64,000 nucleotides of DNA from the human T2T-CHM13v2.0 reference genome, Homo sapiens: the NCBI RefSeq assembly GCF_009914755.1, contig NC_060943.1. The stretch is one strand, 5' to 3'. Under the pieces are notes generated by a model. That model searched no databases and had not been told where the DNA came from. It was given only the letters and a program-made list of their open reading frames with translations. The position numbers and the translations under genes were made by a program. Below, piece by piece: positions 18,636 through 45,633 of this stretch (positions within the stretch are counted from its first letter, which is position 1; the number at the start of each line of letters is the position of its first letter).

Positions 18636-18856
18636 ATATTTTTTTCTATTAAGTAGTTTAATTTATATTTAAAATTATTTATTAAAAATGAAGTTACTAC
18701 TTTTATTGTGATTGTTTTATGTGTTCCTCAGTGGTATTTTTTATATGTTGGTTTATTGCCTTAAATTTCATTTTAATTGTGTAGTGATGTGCTTCAATTA
18801 TTTTTTATATCTTGTTTTGCATAGTTTCTATAAATATTATCTTCATAATCATCTTG

Positions 18857-19199
18857 TGTATTCGTCTGTTTTTATGCTGCTAATGAAGACATACCTGAGA
18901 CTGGGCAATTTAGAAAAGAAAGAGGTTTATTGGACTTACAGTTGTGTGTGACTGGGGAGACCTCACAATCATGGTGGAAGGTGAAAGGCATGTCTCACAT
19001 GGTGGCAGACAAGAGAGGGAGCTTGTGCAGGAAAACTCTGCCTTATAAAGCCTTCAGATTTCATGAGACTTATTCACTATCATGAGACCAGCACAGAAAA
19101 GACCTGCCCCCATGATTCAATTACCTTCCACCACGTCCCTCCCACAACATGTGGGAATTAAAGATGAGTCTTGGGTTGGGACATGGGCAAACCATATCA
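18857..19199 (-). mobile_element. THE1-type MaLR solo LTR
   Basis: tgtatt..gctgctaatgaagacatacctgagactggg..aaccatatca, reverse THE1 LTR. Confidence 0.85.
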
Positions 19200-20534
19200 T
19201 CTTAAAAAATGGAGTTTACATGAAACATCTTAAAATTAAAACAATATATTTATATCTCATGACAACTTCAATTGAATATAAAGATTATACCTCTATATTT
19301 TTCAGTTTATTAATGTTAAAATTATTTTATATTGTGTATTAACATATTTATGCAGGTTTTTATTCTGTTTTAAATATTCTACAGAATAGCTTTAAGAGTT
19401 ATATGCATCATCATTATAATAGTAAAAATTTCTATATTTGTATATTTACATTTAATAGAGAGCTTTATTTTATATATGGTTTTATGATGCTGTCCAGTAG
19501 TATTTTTAAACAAAATGGACTTATTATAGCAGTTCTTACTATATGTAGAGTCTCACTGTATTACTCAGGCTGACCTGAAACTCCTGGCCTCTAGTGTTCT
19601 GATAGCCTTGGCCTCCTAAAACTGTAAAATTAGAGGCATGAGCCACGGTGCCTGGCCACCATGTACCATTTTTTTTGGTAGAACTGTGCTACTGGTGATG
19701 AACACCCTTACCTTTTATTTTGGATTTTTTAATTTTCATCTTTTTAAAGAGAAATACATTTAAATCAAATATTATTGGTTAGAAATATTTTTTCCTTTTA
19801 TTACATCAAAATTTGGGAATTTTTATCTTCAAGTAATCTCTATGTTATTTTTTTCCCATATTCTTCCTCTGAGATTTTCTTAATGAATATATTGATCTAG
19901 TTGATGGTATCCAATCACTTTTACATTCCATGTTTTAATTTTGTTTTGGAAGTTTATATTTTTATGTTATATATTTTAGGGTATGCTACCACACATCCAT
20001 TAATTGTGTTTTGATTTTTTAGTATATATTATAATTGTGCATGCCAATATTTTAACTTTATATAATTTAAGACATTGTGGAGCAAAATCATATATGAATT
20101 AGCCATATGTCTTTTTCTGATAGAATTATCTGTATGTTTGTTTGCCTGTATAAATGTTATCCTTGTATTTTTTTAATAACGTGTATATTTGTTGTGTAAG
20201 TTTGTTGTGAATGGTTTTCTAATCCTGTGTAGATGTGAAGTCATAAAATTATTGTAATTTCAACATCCTATTTATTTGTGAGTCTATGTAATTTTTGTGT
20301 GGTAGAAACATTTTTGGATTTGAATATAATTTAAAACAATCATAATTATTTATCTCTTTTAGGTATTATTGTTTATTTTTGCTTGTCTAAAAAACACGAC
20401 AAAATTTACCACAAAATATTTTTAAATATTCAGTTTAGTCATATTGTCTTGACATTGTAATGCAACATATTGCTAAAATGTTTCTATCTTGCAAAGCTAA
20501 ATCTTAATACGTATTAAACAGCTACCAATTTTTC

Positions 20535-20836
20535 CTTCTTTTTTTCTTTTTTGAGATGGAGTCTTATTCTGTCACCCTCACTGGAGTGCAGTGGCGTGAT
20601 CTCAGCTCACTGCAACCTCCACCTTCCAGGTTCAAGCAATTTTAGTGCTTCAGCCTTCTGAGTAGCTGGGGCTGCAGGCACCTGCCACCATGCCCAGCTA
20701 ACTTTTTGTATTGTTTTAGTAGAGATGGGGTTTCACCCTGTTAGCCAGGATGGTCTTGATCTCCTGACCTCATGATCCACCTGCCTCAGCCTCCCGAAGT
20801 GCCGGGATTACAGGCATGAGCCACCGCTCCCCAGCC
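20535..20836 (-). mobile_element. Alu
   Basis: Antisense Alu consensus. Confidence 0.9.
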
Positions 20837-21839
20837 AAAACCGCAACTGAGCTTCTTTATTTTTACATCATTTTTTCTAACTTTTAGGATCTGTCAGTTT
20901 CCTTTTGTATTTTTTACCTCCACAGTTTCCGTTTTTATGAAATGTTAAATATTTTTGTTCTCGTCCTCATTTTTGTGATTTTCCATACTTGTCTCTGTTC
21001 CTGTTTTAATCAGTATTATTCAATTTATTACCAATTCTTAAAATTAATGTATAAATCTTATTTTTTTATGGTTTCTTTCAGAAAATTTTATGATATTTTT
21101 GGTGGGATGATACTGCTATATTTTGTATATATTATAAGCTTTCAGTTTTTTACATTAGAAAAATCTACCTGTCAAAATTTTTATAATGTGGCTTTGTCCT
21201 GGCATAGTCTGAAAACAATTGTCTTGGCTCATCATTATGGCAGTTTTTCAAACATATTCTTAGGACCTGTATTGTCTGAAATTTTGTGTTCAGTTTTTAG
21301 TTAAGAGAGTTTATTCATATTACTTTGTAGGAGTCAGTAATCACTTGCTACACCTGTTCCTTTTCTGTGGTACTGCAGTCTGGCGGCTGCTGGAACATTT
21401 CTCTTTGGTCTCAGTGGACTCAAACTCTCATTCCGAAGTATACCACCATTTCTGTCAGCACTTTATGTCATGAGAGACAGAAAACAGTGTCCAAAAAAAG
21501 CCCCTAAAAGCCAGAAATGATAATGAATGTGCCAGTATTTTACCTTTCTTTTAAAACAGAAATGAAGAGTTTGCAATTTACTTCTAAAGGCACTATGTTA
21601 TAGTGGGAAGCAGGAAAAGCTGTGTTGGGTAAATTTAGACTTTTCTTTTTCTTCTATGTGGTTTTTTGCATTGTGCTCTTCTGGAACACTGCACACAGTG
21701 AATGTTCACATCTGTGAACATTTCCCACAGATGTATTTTGGTTTGTAAGTTTTTGTTACATTTAAATGTCTATGAAAGAATTAGGGTCTGTGGTATTTTG
21801 CAAAACCATCTTGTTTTTGTAGGTTGTATAATTTTATAG

Positions 21840-25800
<3,961 letters not shown>

Positions 25801-26272
25801 AGAAATATTTAGGGCACTCAAACTTTAGACATTACACTAAATCAGTGCTGAGTATAGGAAATAATACAAACTAAAGTTCGTGTAAACATTATTTGTATAT
25901 AACTTTAAAAGAAGAATATTTTTTGGAGAGTTATAATTACAATCAAAGTATAACTTTTTTTTGAAAATACAGAATTTTAAAAAAGCAAATAATGGAGTTA
26001 AACTCTTAAATTACTTCATGCTGTTCCATCATTCCTGGTGTATTCACATGTGAAAACATGTGACTAATTGTAGCTGCATTAAAGATATGAGAGATTCTTT
26101 TTTATTAGGTAGGCCTTTATGACTTTTTCTATGGAAAGGTAAGGACATTAAAATGTAAGATACATGATGAAAATTTAAGTAGAGAGGCTCTTTGGGTTAA
26201 CTTGTAATGTTGAGTGATGCATGAGGTAGGTGTTCAGAGTAATATTTTTATGCATTATCATGAAAGAAAAAC

Positions 26273-27429
26273 TTTTTTTTTTTCATGGCAGTTTGATTTT
26301 TATTTTTATTTTAATTTATTTTTTATTTATTTATTTTTTAAGGTCACAGATCAACAGGATCCCAAGGCAGAAGAATTTTTCTTAGTACAGAACAAAATGA
26401 AAAGTCTCCCATGTCTACCTCTTTCTACACAGACACGGCAACCATCCGATTTCTCAATCTTTTCCCCACCTGTCCCCCCTTTCTATTCCACAAAACCGCC
26501 ATTGTCATCATGGCCCGTTCTCAATGAGCTGTTGGGTACACCTCCCAGACGGGGTGGTGGCCGGGCAGAGGGGCTCCTCACTTCCCAGTAGGGGCGGCTG
26601 GGCAGAGGCGCCCCTCACCTCCCGAACGGGGCGGCTGGCCGGGCGGGGGGCTGACCCCCCCCACCTCCCTCCCGGCCGGGGCGGCTGGCCGGGCGGGGGG
26701 GCTGACCCCCCCACCTCCCTCCCAGACAGGGTGGCTGGCCGGGTGGGTGGCTGACCCCTCCACCTCCCTCCCGGACGGGGCGGCTGGCCGGGCAGGGGGC
26801 TGACCCCCACCTCCCTCCCAGCCGGGGCGGCTGGCCGGGCGGGGGGCTGACCCCCCCACCTCCCTTCCGGACGAGGTGGCTAGCGGGCGGAGACCCTCCT
26901 CACTTCCCAGATGGGGTGGCTGCTGGGCGGAGGGGCTCCTCACTTCTCAGACGGGGTGGCTGCCGGGCAGAGGGGCTCCTCACTTCTCAGACGGGGCGGT
27001 TGCCAGGCAGAGGGGCTCCTCACTTCTCAGACGGGGCGGCCGGGCAGAGACGCTCCTCACATCCCGGACAGGGTGGCAGGGCAGAGGTGCTCCCCACATC
27101 TCAGACGATGGGCAGCCGGGCAGAGACGCTCCTCACTTCCCAGATGGGATGGCGGCCGGGAAGAGGCGCTCCTCACTTCCTAGATGGGATGGCGGCCGGG
27201 CAGAGATGCTCCTCACTTTCCAGACTGGGCAGCCAGGCAGAGGGGCTCCTCACATCCCAGACGATGGGCGGCCAGGTAGAGACGCTCCTCACTTCCCAGA
27301 TGGGGTGGTGGCCGGGCAGAGGCTGCAATCTCGGCACTTTGGGAGGCCAAGGCAGGCTGCTGGGAGGTGGAGGTTGTAGCAAGCCGAGATCACGCCACTG
27401 CACTCCAGCCTGGGCACCATTGAGCACTT
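26273..27429 (-). mobile_element. SVA (SVA_D-like or younger), truncated at both ends
   Basis: Alu-like part, GC-rich VNTR (~26540-27300) and partial SINE-R ending at GATCTGTGACCTT; A-rich tails; candidate TSD gaaaaac 26266-26272 / 27430-27436. Confidence 0.95.
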
Positions 27430-28124
27430 GAAAAACATTCTTTAGTTAACATTAAGTTAGTAGTATGTTACTGTACTTTTATGGAATAATATACAGTATA
27501 TTTTTAAATTATGTGTGAACTTAACTTTTCAATTCAGCATTTTTAACATGTTAAATACTATCATGAATTCATTGAAGCATTATGCCACTAACTTTAACCT
27601 ATTCCACCTTACTCAATGGTGTAGGTAAAAGATGGTAACAATACACTATTTGGTAAGATAATGGACTGACATCTCTAGTAATCTTTTTGTCAGTGGCTTT
27701 AAATTGCCAATAAGTTAAAGAATGTTGTTCCTATAGGTTAAATTTTATTCTTATTTTTACATTTAAATTTATTTTTCTTAATTTTTGTGGATATGTAATA
27801 TGTGTATATGCTTATGCCATATATGGCATATTTTGATACAGGCATGTGATATATAATCTTAGATGTAAATAAATTATGGAGTGTGTTTGTGTTAGTGTAA
27901 GTTTGAAACTATTTTTAGCCAAAAAAAAGTAATATTGGAACAAAATAAATCATTTTAAGAAGGTGTCTAATTTACTAGAAAAAAACCAAAATTCTCAAAA
28001 TTACTGAAAGTAAATCTATCCTCTGTACTTTGTATTAAATTTATTACTGTATAACCTTTTGGCTTATGCTTCAGAATCTCCCCATGCAAATTCTCTGTTT
28101 TAACTTGACTGTTACTCATGTTAG

Positions 28125-28470
<346 letters not shown>

Positions 28471-28529
28471 TGTGTGTAATAGTTTATGAAATATTCATTA
28501 TGTGAGCTGGTCTGTAAGTATAAGAATGA

Positions 28530-32788
<4,259 letters not shown>

Positions 32789-32957
32789 TGTCTAGAAATT
32801 CAATGGCAATAAATATTGTTGCCCACATATTAAAATCCAATATCCAGGACCAATTTTAAATTCAATGGTATTGGATAGCAGAGCTACAGACCCAGAAATG
32901 TAAAATATGTTCTAAATATTCTAAAGGTTCTATCAGAAAACAGTATTTTGAAATTAA

Positions 32958-33158
<201 letters not shown>

Positions 33159-33599
33159 TAAGCATGAATGAAGCCGATAACACAGATGACAGGTTCAAAG
33201 GTCAAAAAGAATGCCAGACTTTAAAATGTGATATGGGATGCTCTGCTTCAGTGGAAAGATTTCCTAAAAAGCCTTTTTTTTTCCTCTAGCTCTGAAGTAG
33301 GAGCATTTTTGTCCCATACCCTTAAATTATTTCTAAGGACTCTACTTCCTATTTAGTGATTTTCCTTTGAGGGTACCATGAGAACTAAACTCCTCTTTAT
33401 GGCTTATAAGGTACTGCATGATATACCTGCTCTTCCATTGCTTCGGGGGAATATAAAAATATCTCGAGTATTTTTGAGGAACTGCATGTTAGATTATTTC
33501 TCAAATTTTCCCATCATGTCTGAAATGTATGAGAGCAGTGGTGATATTAAGATTTGTTTCAGAAATCTCAGGAACATCAATGACAGAGGTTACTTATTT

Positions 33600-36500
33600 C
33601 TCTATTTTCTGTTTTTAATATTAGCAATCCTAACTCAAGTGATAGCTCATTATTGTTTTCATTTGCAGTTGCCTGTTGTTAGGTGATATTGACCACTTTT
33701 TTTATATACCTATTGGTCATGTGTATATATTTGCTGGCAAAATATTTTTTGAATCTTTTGACCATTTTTCTGTTGGGTTTTTATTGTTATACTTGCCTTT
33801 GCTTTGAATTTCCTGTATATTTTGAATATTAAGCTTTTCTTGTATATATGGTTTGCTATTGTGAGCATGCAATAAACATTCAAGTATAGGTATCATTTTC
33901 TTATAATAAACTATTTTTCTTTGAGTAGATACCCAATGATGAGACTTTTAAATCAAATGGTAGTTCTATTTATAGTTGAGACTGAGCATTTTTGTCATAT
34001 GTGTGTTGGCTATTTGCATGTCTTTATTGAAAAATGTTTACTAATGTTATTTGCCCATTTTTCAATGGGATTCTTTATTATTATGATATTTTTGAGTTGT
34101 TTGAGTTACTTGTAAATTCTGAATGTTAGTTTCATTTTGGCACATAGTTTGCAAATATGTTCATTTATTCTGTAGGTTGCCTATTTACCCTGTTGATTAT
34201 TTTTTTTGCTGTGCCAAAGCTTTTTAGTCCCGTTTGTCTATTTTTAATAATAATATAATAAATAATAATACAATAATAGTTTTCTTTGTTGTGTCCTTGC
34301 CTAATGTTGGTATCAGGGTGAAACTGACCTCAGAGTGACTTAGGAAGAATTTCATTTTTGGGAAGAGTTTCAAGAGGATTGTTATTCAAATACATTTGGT
34401 AGAATTTGGCTGTGCATTTTTCTAGTCCTAAGCTTTTCTTTGTCAAGACATTTTTAATTACTGACTCAATCATGCTACTCATTATTGGTTTGTTCAGGTA
34501 CTCTATTTCTTTCTGGCTCTATCTTGGGAGGTTGTATGTTTCCATAAATTTATTTACTCTAAGTTTTCAGGTTTGTGAGTGTCTAGTTGTTTATAATCAT
34601 TTCTAGTGATCTTTTGTATTACTGTTGTATCCATTGTAATGTCTATTCTTTCATTTCTGATTTTGTTTATTTAGATCTCTCTTCTGTTTGTGATGAATCT
34701 AGCTAGCAATTTATCAATTTTGTCTTTTTGAAAAACCAACTCTTTATTCTGTTGATAATTTTTATTGTTTTGGTTTTTATTTCATTTGGTTCTGTTCTGA
34801 TTTTTGTTATGATTTTCTTCTAACTTGGAATTTGTTTTTTTATTAATATTCTAGTTCCTCGAAGTGTGATGCCAGGTCCTTAATATGTAAGCTTTCTACT
34901 TTTTTGATGCAGGCATTTAGGCTATAAACTGCCCTCTTAGTACTATATTTACTGTATCTCACAGATTTTATTATACTGTGTTTCTATTTCCATCTTTTTT
35001 CCCACAAAGTTTTAAGTTTCATCTTAATATTATTTTTGAGATGGGCTTTACTCTGTCACCCAGGCTGGAATGTAGTGGCACAGTCTTGGCTCACTGCAAC
35101 CTCCACCTTCCAGGCTCAAGCGATCTTTTTATCTCAGCCTCCTGAGTAGCTAGGAACATAGGTGCGCACCACCACATCTAGCTATTTTTTTGTATTTTTG
35201 GTAGAGATAGTGTTTTGCCATCTTGCCCAGGCTAGTCTCAAACTCCTGACCTCAGGTGATCCACCTGCCTCAGCCTCCCAAAGTGCTGGGATTACAAGTG
35301 TGAGTTACCACCCCTGGCCATCCATGTTAATTATTTCGTTTACACAGTGACTGTTCATGAGTATGTTGTTTAAATTCTTTGTAAATTTATAGTTTCTGAA
35401 ATTTTTATTGCTATTGATTTGTAGTTTTATTCTGTGGTCAAGGTAGTTAATATAATTTTGTTTTGGGGGTACTTTTTTGATTTGCCAACTCTTCTATCTC
35501 AGTGGTCTCTCTAATGCTGTGAGTAGAATGTTACATTTTTCCACTATTATTGTATTACTATCTGTCTCTTTATATAGGTTTAATAATATTTCTTTTTAAA
35601 ATCTGGGTGTTTTGATGTTGGGTGCGTGGATATTTAGAATTGTTATATCCTTTCACTGAAATGATTTCTTTATTATTGGGTGATGACCTTTATCCTTTTT
35701 GTTACTGCTTTTTATTTGAAGTCTGTTTTATTTGATGTAAGTATAGATACTCCAGTTTGCTTTTGGTTTCTGTTTGTGTTACTGTCTTCCACCTTTTACT
35801 TTTAATCTACATGTGTCTTACAAGTAAGGTGAGATTCTTGTAGGCAACATACAGTTGGATCATTTTTTCTTATTCATTTCATAAATCTATGCATTTCAAT
35901 GAAGGATTTCATTGATTTATATTCAAGGTTAATATTAATATGTAAGGTTTTGTTACTCTCATAATGTTAATTTTTTTCTTTTTATCTATCTTTGTGGTTT
36001 AATAAAGTTCTGTCATGTTGTAATTTGATTTATTTCTTTTTCTCTTTTGTTTTATAAGACCTGTTAGTTTTATACTTTTATATGTTTTAATGATGGTGAA
36101 TATCAAACTTTTTTTTTATATTAGAAATCCCTTGAACATCTTTTGTAGGCCCAGTCTAGTGGTAATTAGTCAGGGTAAGATTTTATATCTTTTTCATCTG
36201 TGAAGGTTAATCTAGCTTGATGTAAAATATTTGGCTGGCACTTTTCTTTCAACACTCTAAATGTGCCATCTCATTCTCTTCTAACCAGTAAAGTTTCTGC
36301 TGAGAAGTGTGCTTTTAGTCTGATGGGGTTTTCTTTATTTTATAATTACTTCTTTCACTTTCACTTTAGATATTCATCATGTGCCATGATGAAGTCTGTT
36401 TTGCAATGTATTTTGCTGGTGATTGCTGAGCTTCCTGTATATGTATGTCTAATTCTATTGGTAAAGTTGGGAAGTTTTCATCAATTATTTTCTTACATAG

Positions 36501-36630
36501 TTGTTCTAAACTTTTTGATGTGTTTTATTTCTCAGAAACACTGATAATTTTTAAGTTTATTCACTTTAGTCGCAAACATCTCACAGTCTTTGTTTATTCT
36601 TTTCTCCTTATTTTTGTCTGAGTAGATTTT
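33600..36630 (-). mobile_element. Old LINE-1 (L1M-type) fragments
   Basis: T-rich antisense L1 ORF2/3' UTR-like sequence, fragmented. Confidence 0.65.
35030..35319 (-). mobile_element. Alu
   Basis: Antisense Alu consensus. Confidence 0.9.
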
Positions 36631-36646
36631 TTATAAAAACCTCTTT

Positions 36647-37747
36647 GATGGCAGTCTTACACTGCTAGGGTCATCAGAAAGGAAAGGAAAGGGAAATAGA
36701 AGGGAACCGCCAAGTGGGTATTGAAGCAAAAAGAGCTACAAGGCAGGACCCTCCATTAGAAATGCTTATAGAAGGACCACCTAGTATGGGCTAATCCCCT
36801 CTGGGAAACCAAGCCCCAGTACTCAGCAGAAGAAATAGAATGGGGAACCTCATGAGGACATAGCTTCCTCCCCTCAGGATGGCTAGCCACCAAAGAAGGA
36901 AAAATACTTTCACCTGCAGCTAACCAATGGAAATTACTTAAAACCCTTCACCAAACCTTTCACTTAGGCATTGATAGCACCCATCAGATGGCCAAATTAT
37001 TATTTACTGGACCAGGCCTTTCCAAAACTACCAAGCAGATAGTCAGGGCCTGTGAAGTGTGCCGAAGAAATAATCCCCTGCACTGCAGGCCATACATTTC
37101 AATCCCTGTATCTTTAACCTCCTTGTTAAGTTTGTCTCTTCCAGAATCAAAGCTGTAAAGCTACATTCTTCAAATGGAGCTGCAGGTGCAGTCCATGACT
37201 AAGATCTACCACGGACTCCTGGACTGGCCTGCTGGCCCATGCTCTGATGTTAATGACATCGAAGGCACCCCTCCTGAAGAAATCTCAACCGCACAACCCC
37301 TACTATGCCCCAGTTCAGCAGGAAGCAGTTAGAGCGGTCATTGGCCCACCTCCCCAACAGCACTTGGGTTTTCCTGTTGAGAAGGGGGACTGAAAGACAG
37401 GACTAGCTGGATTTCCCAGGCCAACTAAGAATCCCTAAGCCTAGCTGGGAAGGTGACCGCATCCACCTTTAAACACAGGGCTTGCAACTTAGCTCACACC
37501 CGACCAATCAGGTAGTAAAGAGAGCTCACTAAAATGCTAATTAGGCAAAAACTGGAGGTAAAGAAATAGCCAATCATCTATTGCCTGAGAGCACAGTGGG
37601 AGGGACAGTGATCGGGATATAAACCCAGGCATTCGAGCTGGCAATGGCAACCCCCTTTGGGTCCCCTCCCATTTTATGGGAGCTCTGTTTTCACTCTTAA
37701 ATCTTGCAACTGCAAAAAAAATCAAAAAACAAAACAAAAGAAAAAAA
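36647..37747 (+). mobile_element. HERV-W (HERV17/LTR17) processed pseudogene, 5'-truncated
   Basis: RNase H end and integrase HHCC joined to env cytoplasmic tail; PPT then LTR17 U3-R 37391-37713, no U5; A-rich tail; TSD aaaaa(t)cctcttt 36635-36646 / 37743-37755. Confidence 0.92.
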
Positions 37748-37772
37748 TCCTCTTTAAAGGTCTGAAAATTTG

Positions 37773-38073
37773 GGCCATGCACGGTGGCTCACACCTGTAA
37801 TCCCAGCACTTTGGGAGGCCAAGGTGGGTGGATCAGCTGAGGTCAGGAGTTCAAGACCACTCTGGCCAGCATGTTGAAACCCCGTCGCTACTAAAAATAC
37901 AAAAATTAGCTGGGCATGGTGGCAGGTGCCTGTAATCCTGGCTACTCAGGAGGCTGAGGCAGGAGGATTGCTTGAACCCAGGAGGCAGAGGTAGCAGTGA
38001 GCAGAGATTACACCGTTACACTCCAGCCTCAGCAACAGAGTGAAACTCTGTCTCAAAAAAAAAAAAAAAAAAA
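37773..38073 (+). mobile_element. Alu
   Basis: Alu consensus with poly(A). Confidence 0.9.
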
Positions 38074-38611
38074 GGCTGAAATTCCTTTTATGCCTGTTTC
38101 AGTCTATTGTATTGTTGAATCTTTGAATGTATTTTCTTTTTCCTTCAATCTTTCAGTTTCACAATTTTTGTTTTGGTTTCTTTTAAAAGATATCCATCTC
38201 CTTGGCACATTTCCCACTTATACTCTAAATTTATTTATTTATTTTTGATTTGGTTTTTGGGTTTCTCTCACATCTCTTTGAGCTTCTTTTAAATATATAT
38301 TTTGAAGCCTTTTTAAGGTCTTTTAAAGTAATTTCAATGATTTTTTTTTCTTAGAATACTGGAGGATTATTGTGTTCCTTTGAAAGTGTCATAAACCGTG
38401 CTTTTCTGTGTTTCCTGTGTCTTTGTGTGTCTTTTTGTTGATTTCTGTACATCTAGAGAAACAGTTCCTTCATTTTATTTTTGAATTTACGTTCATTTGA
38501 GAAAGCTTTTTTTTTTTTACGTTATTACCATGATGTTTATTGCATAGAGCCATTTGGCTTTACTTTTGGGTTTGTGCATAGGAAAGACTCTGTGTAAGTT
38601 TCTCGAGTATA

Positions 38612-38617
38612 AATATA

Positions 38618-38676
<59 letters not shown>
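38612..38676. repeat. (TA)n microsatellite
   Basis: Direct reading. Confidence 0.95.
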
Positions 38677-38680
<4 letters not shown>

Positions 38681-38809
38681 AATGTTTTACTGGCTTAGGA
38701 GTCATCTTTTCTCTTAGGTTGATTTTTAATTCTAAGTCTCAGAAAATAATTTATCTATTTTGTGTTGGTCATTGAGGGCCAGCACTCCTGACGTAAAAGG
38801 GTGAGAAGG

Positions 38810-38960
38810 TAGGATGGTGGTGTATGATGACAGATTACTTAATAGTTATAATGTACATTGAGTGATGGATACCCTAAAAGCCCTGACTTTACCACTATGC
38901 AATCTATGCATGGAACTAAATTACACTTGTACCCAACACATTTGTATAAATAAATTAAAA
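38810..38960 (+). mobile_element. L1 (L1MA-like) 3' terminal fragment
   Basis: gatggataccctaaaagccctgactttaccactatgcaatctatgcatg..cacttgtaccc..aaataaa. Confidence 0.7.
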
Positions 38961-39038
38961 ACATCCACTATTTGGGTTTGCTATCTTGCTTATTCATACA
39001 TAAAAATACATTATAAATGTTTCCTTTGACATTATTAT

Positions 39039-39129
39039 TGTTACAGGAGTTGAAATTATTTAGGCAGATAGAGCAAAAAAGTCATTGGTAAAGTTTTCTT
39101 TTTAATAAAAAGAAGTCCACAAATTATGG

Positions 39130-39164
<35 letters not shown>

Positions 39165-39255
39165 TTTGTTTTAACAAAGAGCAGCCTGTAAAATTGAGCT
39201 GCAGACATAGATAAGCAAGCTGGAATCTTGCATGAATAAATGCCGGCAGCTGTGC
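39039..39255 (+). mobile_element. MER61-like LTR, 5' part (continues at 47833-47930)
   Basis: AACAAAGAGCAGCCTGTAAAATTGAGCTGCAGACATAGATAAGCAAGCTGG..ATGCCGGCAG; split by the provirus. Confidence 0.7.
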
Positions 39256-39675
39256 TGCAGCTTGCTCTGCAGTGAACACCAAGAAATAAGTATTCAGACA
39301 ATTACAGCTGAAAGGGAGGGGAGCAGCTCCTCCAAGACAGTGCTGCTTTAAGATTCATCTGCCAAGTATTTATTGAGAAGGCTAGTTGAACTACAATTTA
39401 GACAAACAAGAAACATCTACAAGGTGGCTATTTGGGGTCGGGTCATGAGGCACATATGGCCTTGTTTATAACATCTAAAAGCACTCAAACCACATTCTTA
39501 GGAGGCTGTGTTCAGCACTCCTTATTACAAATTCTATTCCTTGTCCTATTTTCAGGGTCAAGGAATTACAGTTTCATGCACAAACAACATACACACAGTG
39601 CCTCAGTATTTTTCCATGCCTCAACCTCAAATGCCTTGTACATAAGCTTGAATGTATTGTCATACACCCCTCACA
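39256..39675 (-). repeat. 3' LTR of the provirus
   Basis: TG...CA ends on minus strand; preceded by PPT AAAGAAGGGGGAAA (39676-39689); direct repeat of 47412-47832. Confidence 0.95.
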
Positions 39676-39733
39676 TTTCCCCCTTCTTTAATTCTTAGAA
39701 CATGCGGATTATCCAATGCAAAGTAAGCTTCTA

Positions 39734-44829
<5,096 letters not shown>

Positions 44830-44840
<11 letters not shown>

Positions 44841-45633
44841 GGCAGGACAGAGAGGTTTAAGCCCCACTGTTCTAGGCCATCTCATTACCACAGAGAAAAT
44901 AGAATCTCTTAAGATAAAGGGCTGAACATGGGTGACCTTGCCTTCCGGGCCCAAAAGTGGAAGAATATGCCTACTTTTTAATGGCTGTTGATACCCTCCA
45001 ACACCCATGACAGAACATCAGGCAGGAGAGGCCCAATCTGAAGGCCACTGTCTTTTAGCTATTATAGTTTGATGAGCCCCCATGTCAACAATTCTCATAA
45101 ACATAACTCCATTAATTGTTACTTCTAAGTATGGTCTATGACATGACACTGGAGTACTCCAAAAAACCTTCATGCCTGAGTGGCCGAATCCTGAGGCCCC
45201 ACAGGTCTGTTGAACATTACTTGAAGGTAAGGAGTAAGAATAATCTGAGCAAGGCAAGTCCCTTTAGAGATGGCATGGACCCCTGACACCTGTGCCATAA
45301 CTTTAATTTCTGCTAAATAGTCTGAATCTATGACTCCAGAGAAAATTTGAATTCCTTGAAGTGTACTTCTGATAATCAATCCAAACGTTCCTCTGGGTAA
45401 TGGGCCATAGATTCCAGTAGAAATCAGCTGGACCCCATCTTGCTCTTTAAGCACCATATCTGATATGACTGTGAGGTCCAGCCCTGCGCTGCCAGAGGTG
45501 GCTGAAGAGAGGTTATGGATGCTATTTCTGGTCCTGACTCAGAGGGGAAAGTCATTCCCCAAGTCTGGGAATTGGTGTTCCTCCATGGATTTTTCTGGGC
45601 ATTGGAGGTCTTGCCCCTCTTCCCGTTTCCCAA
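44830..45633 (-). pseudogene. dUTPase-protease (pro), disrupted
   Basis: dUTPase motifs STGIYGPLP..GLII and GVIDSDY; protease active site decayed to VDMGA; flap VMGVGG. Confidence 0.85.

Noticed and set aside
26508-27431. Multiple overlapping GC-rich ORFs
   Set aside because: Open frames of the SVA VNTR and Alu-like domain
27415-27436. SVA 5' end coinciding with an AG in the Alu-like domain (possible exon-trapping origin)
   Set aside because: No captured exon sequence between the candidate TSD and the SVA; simple 5' truncation explains it
37100-37330. Syncytin-1-like env gene
   Set aside because: Only a frameshifted cytoplasmic-tail remnant; SU and most of TM are deleted
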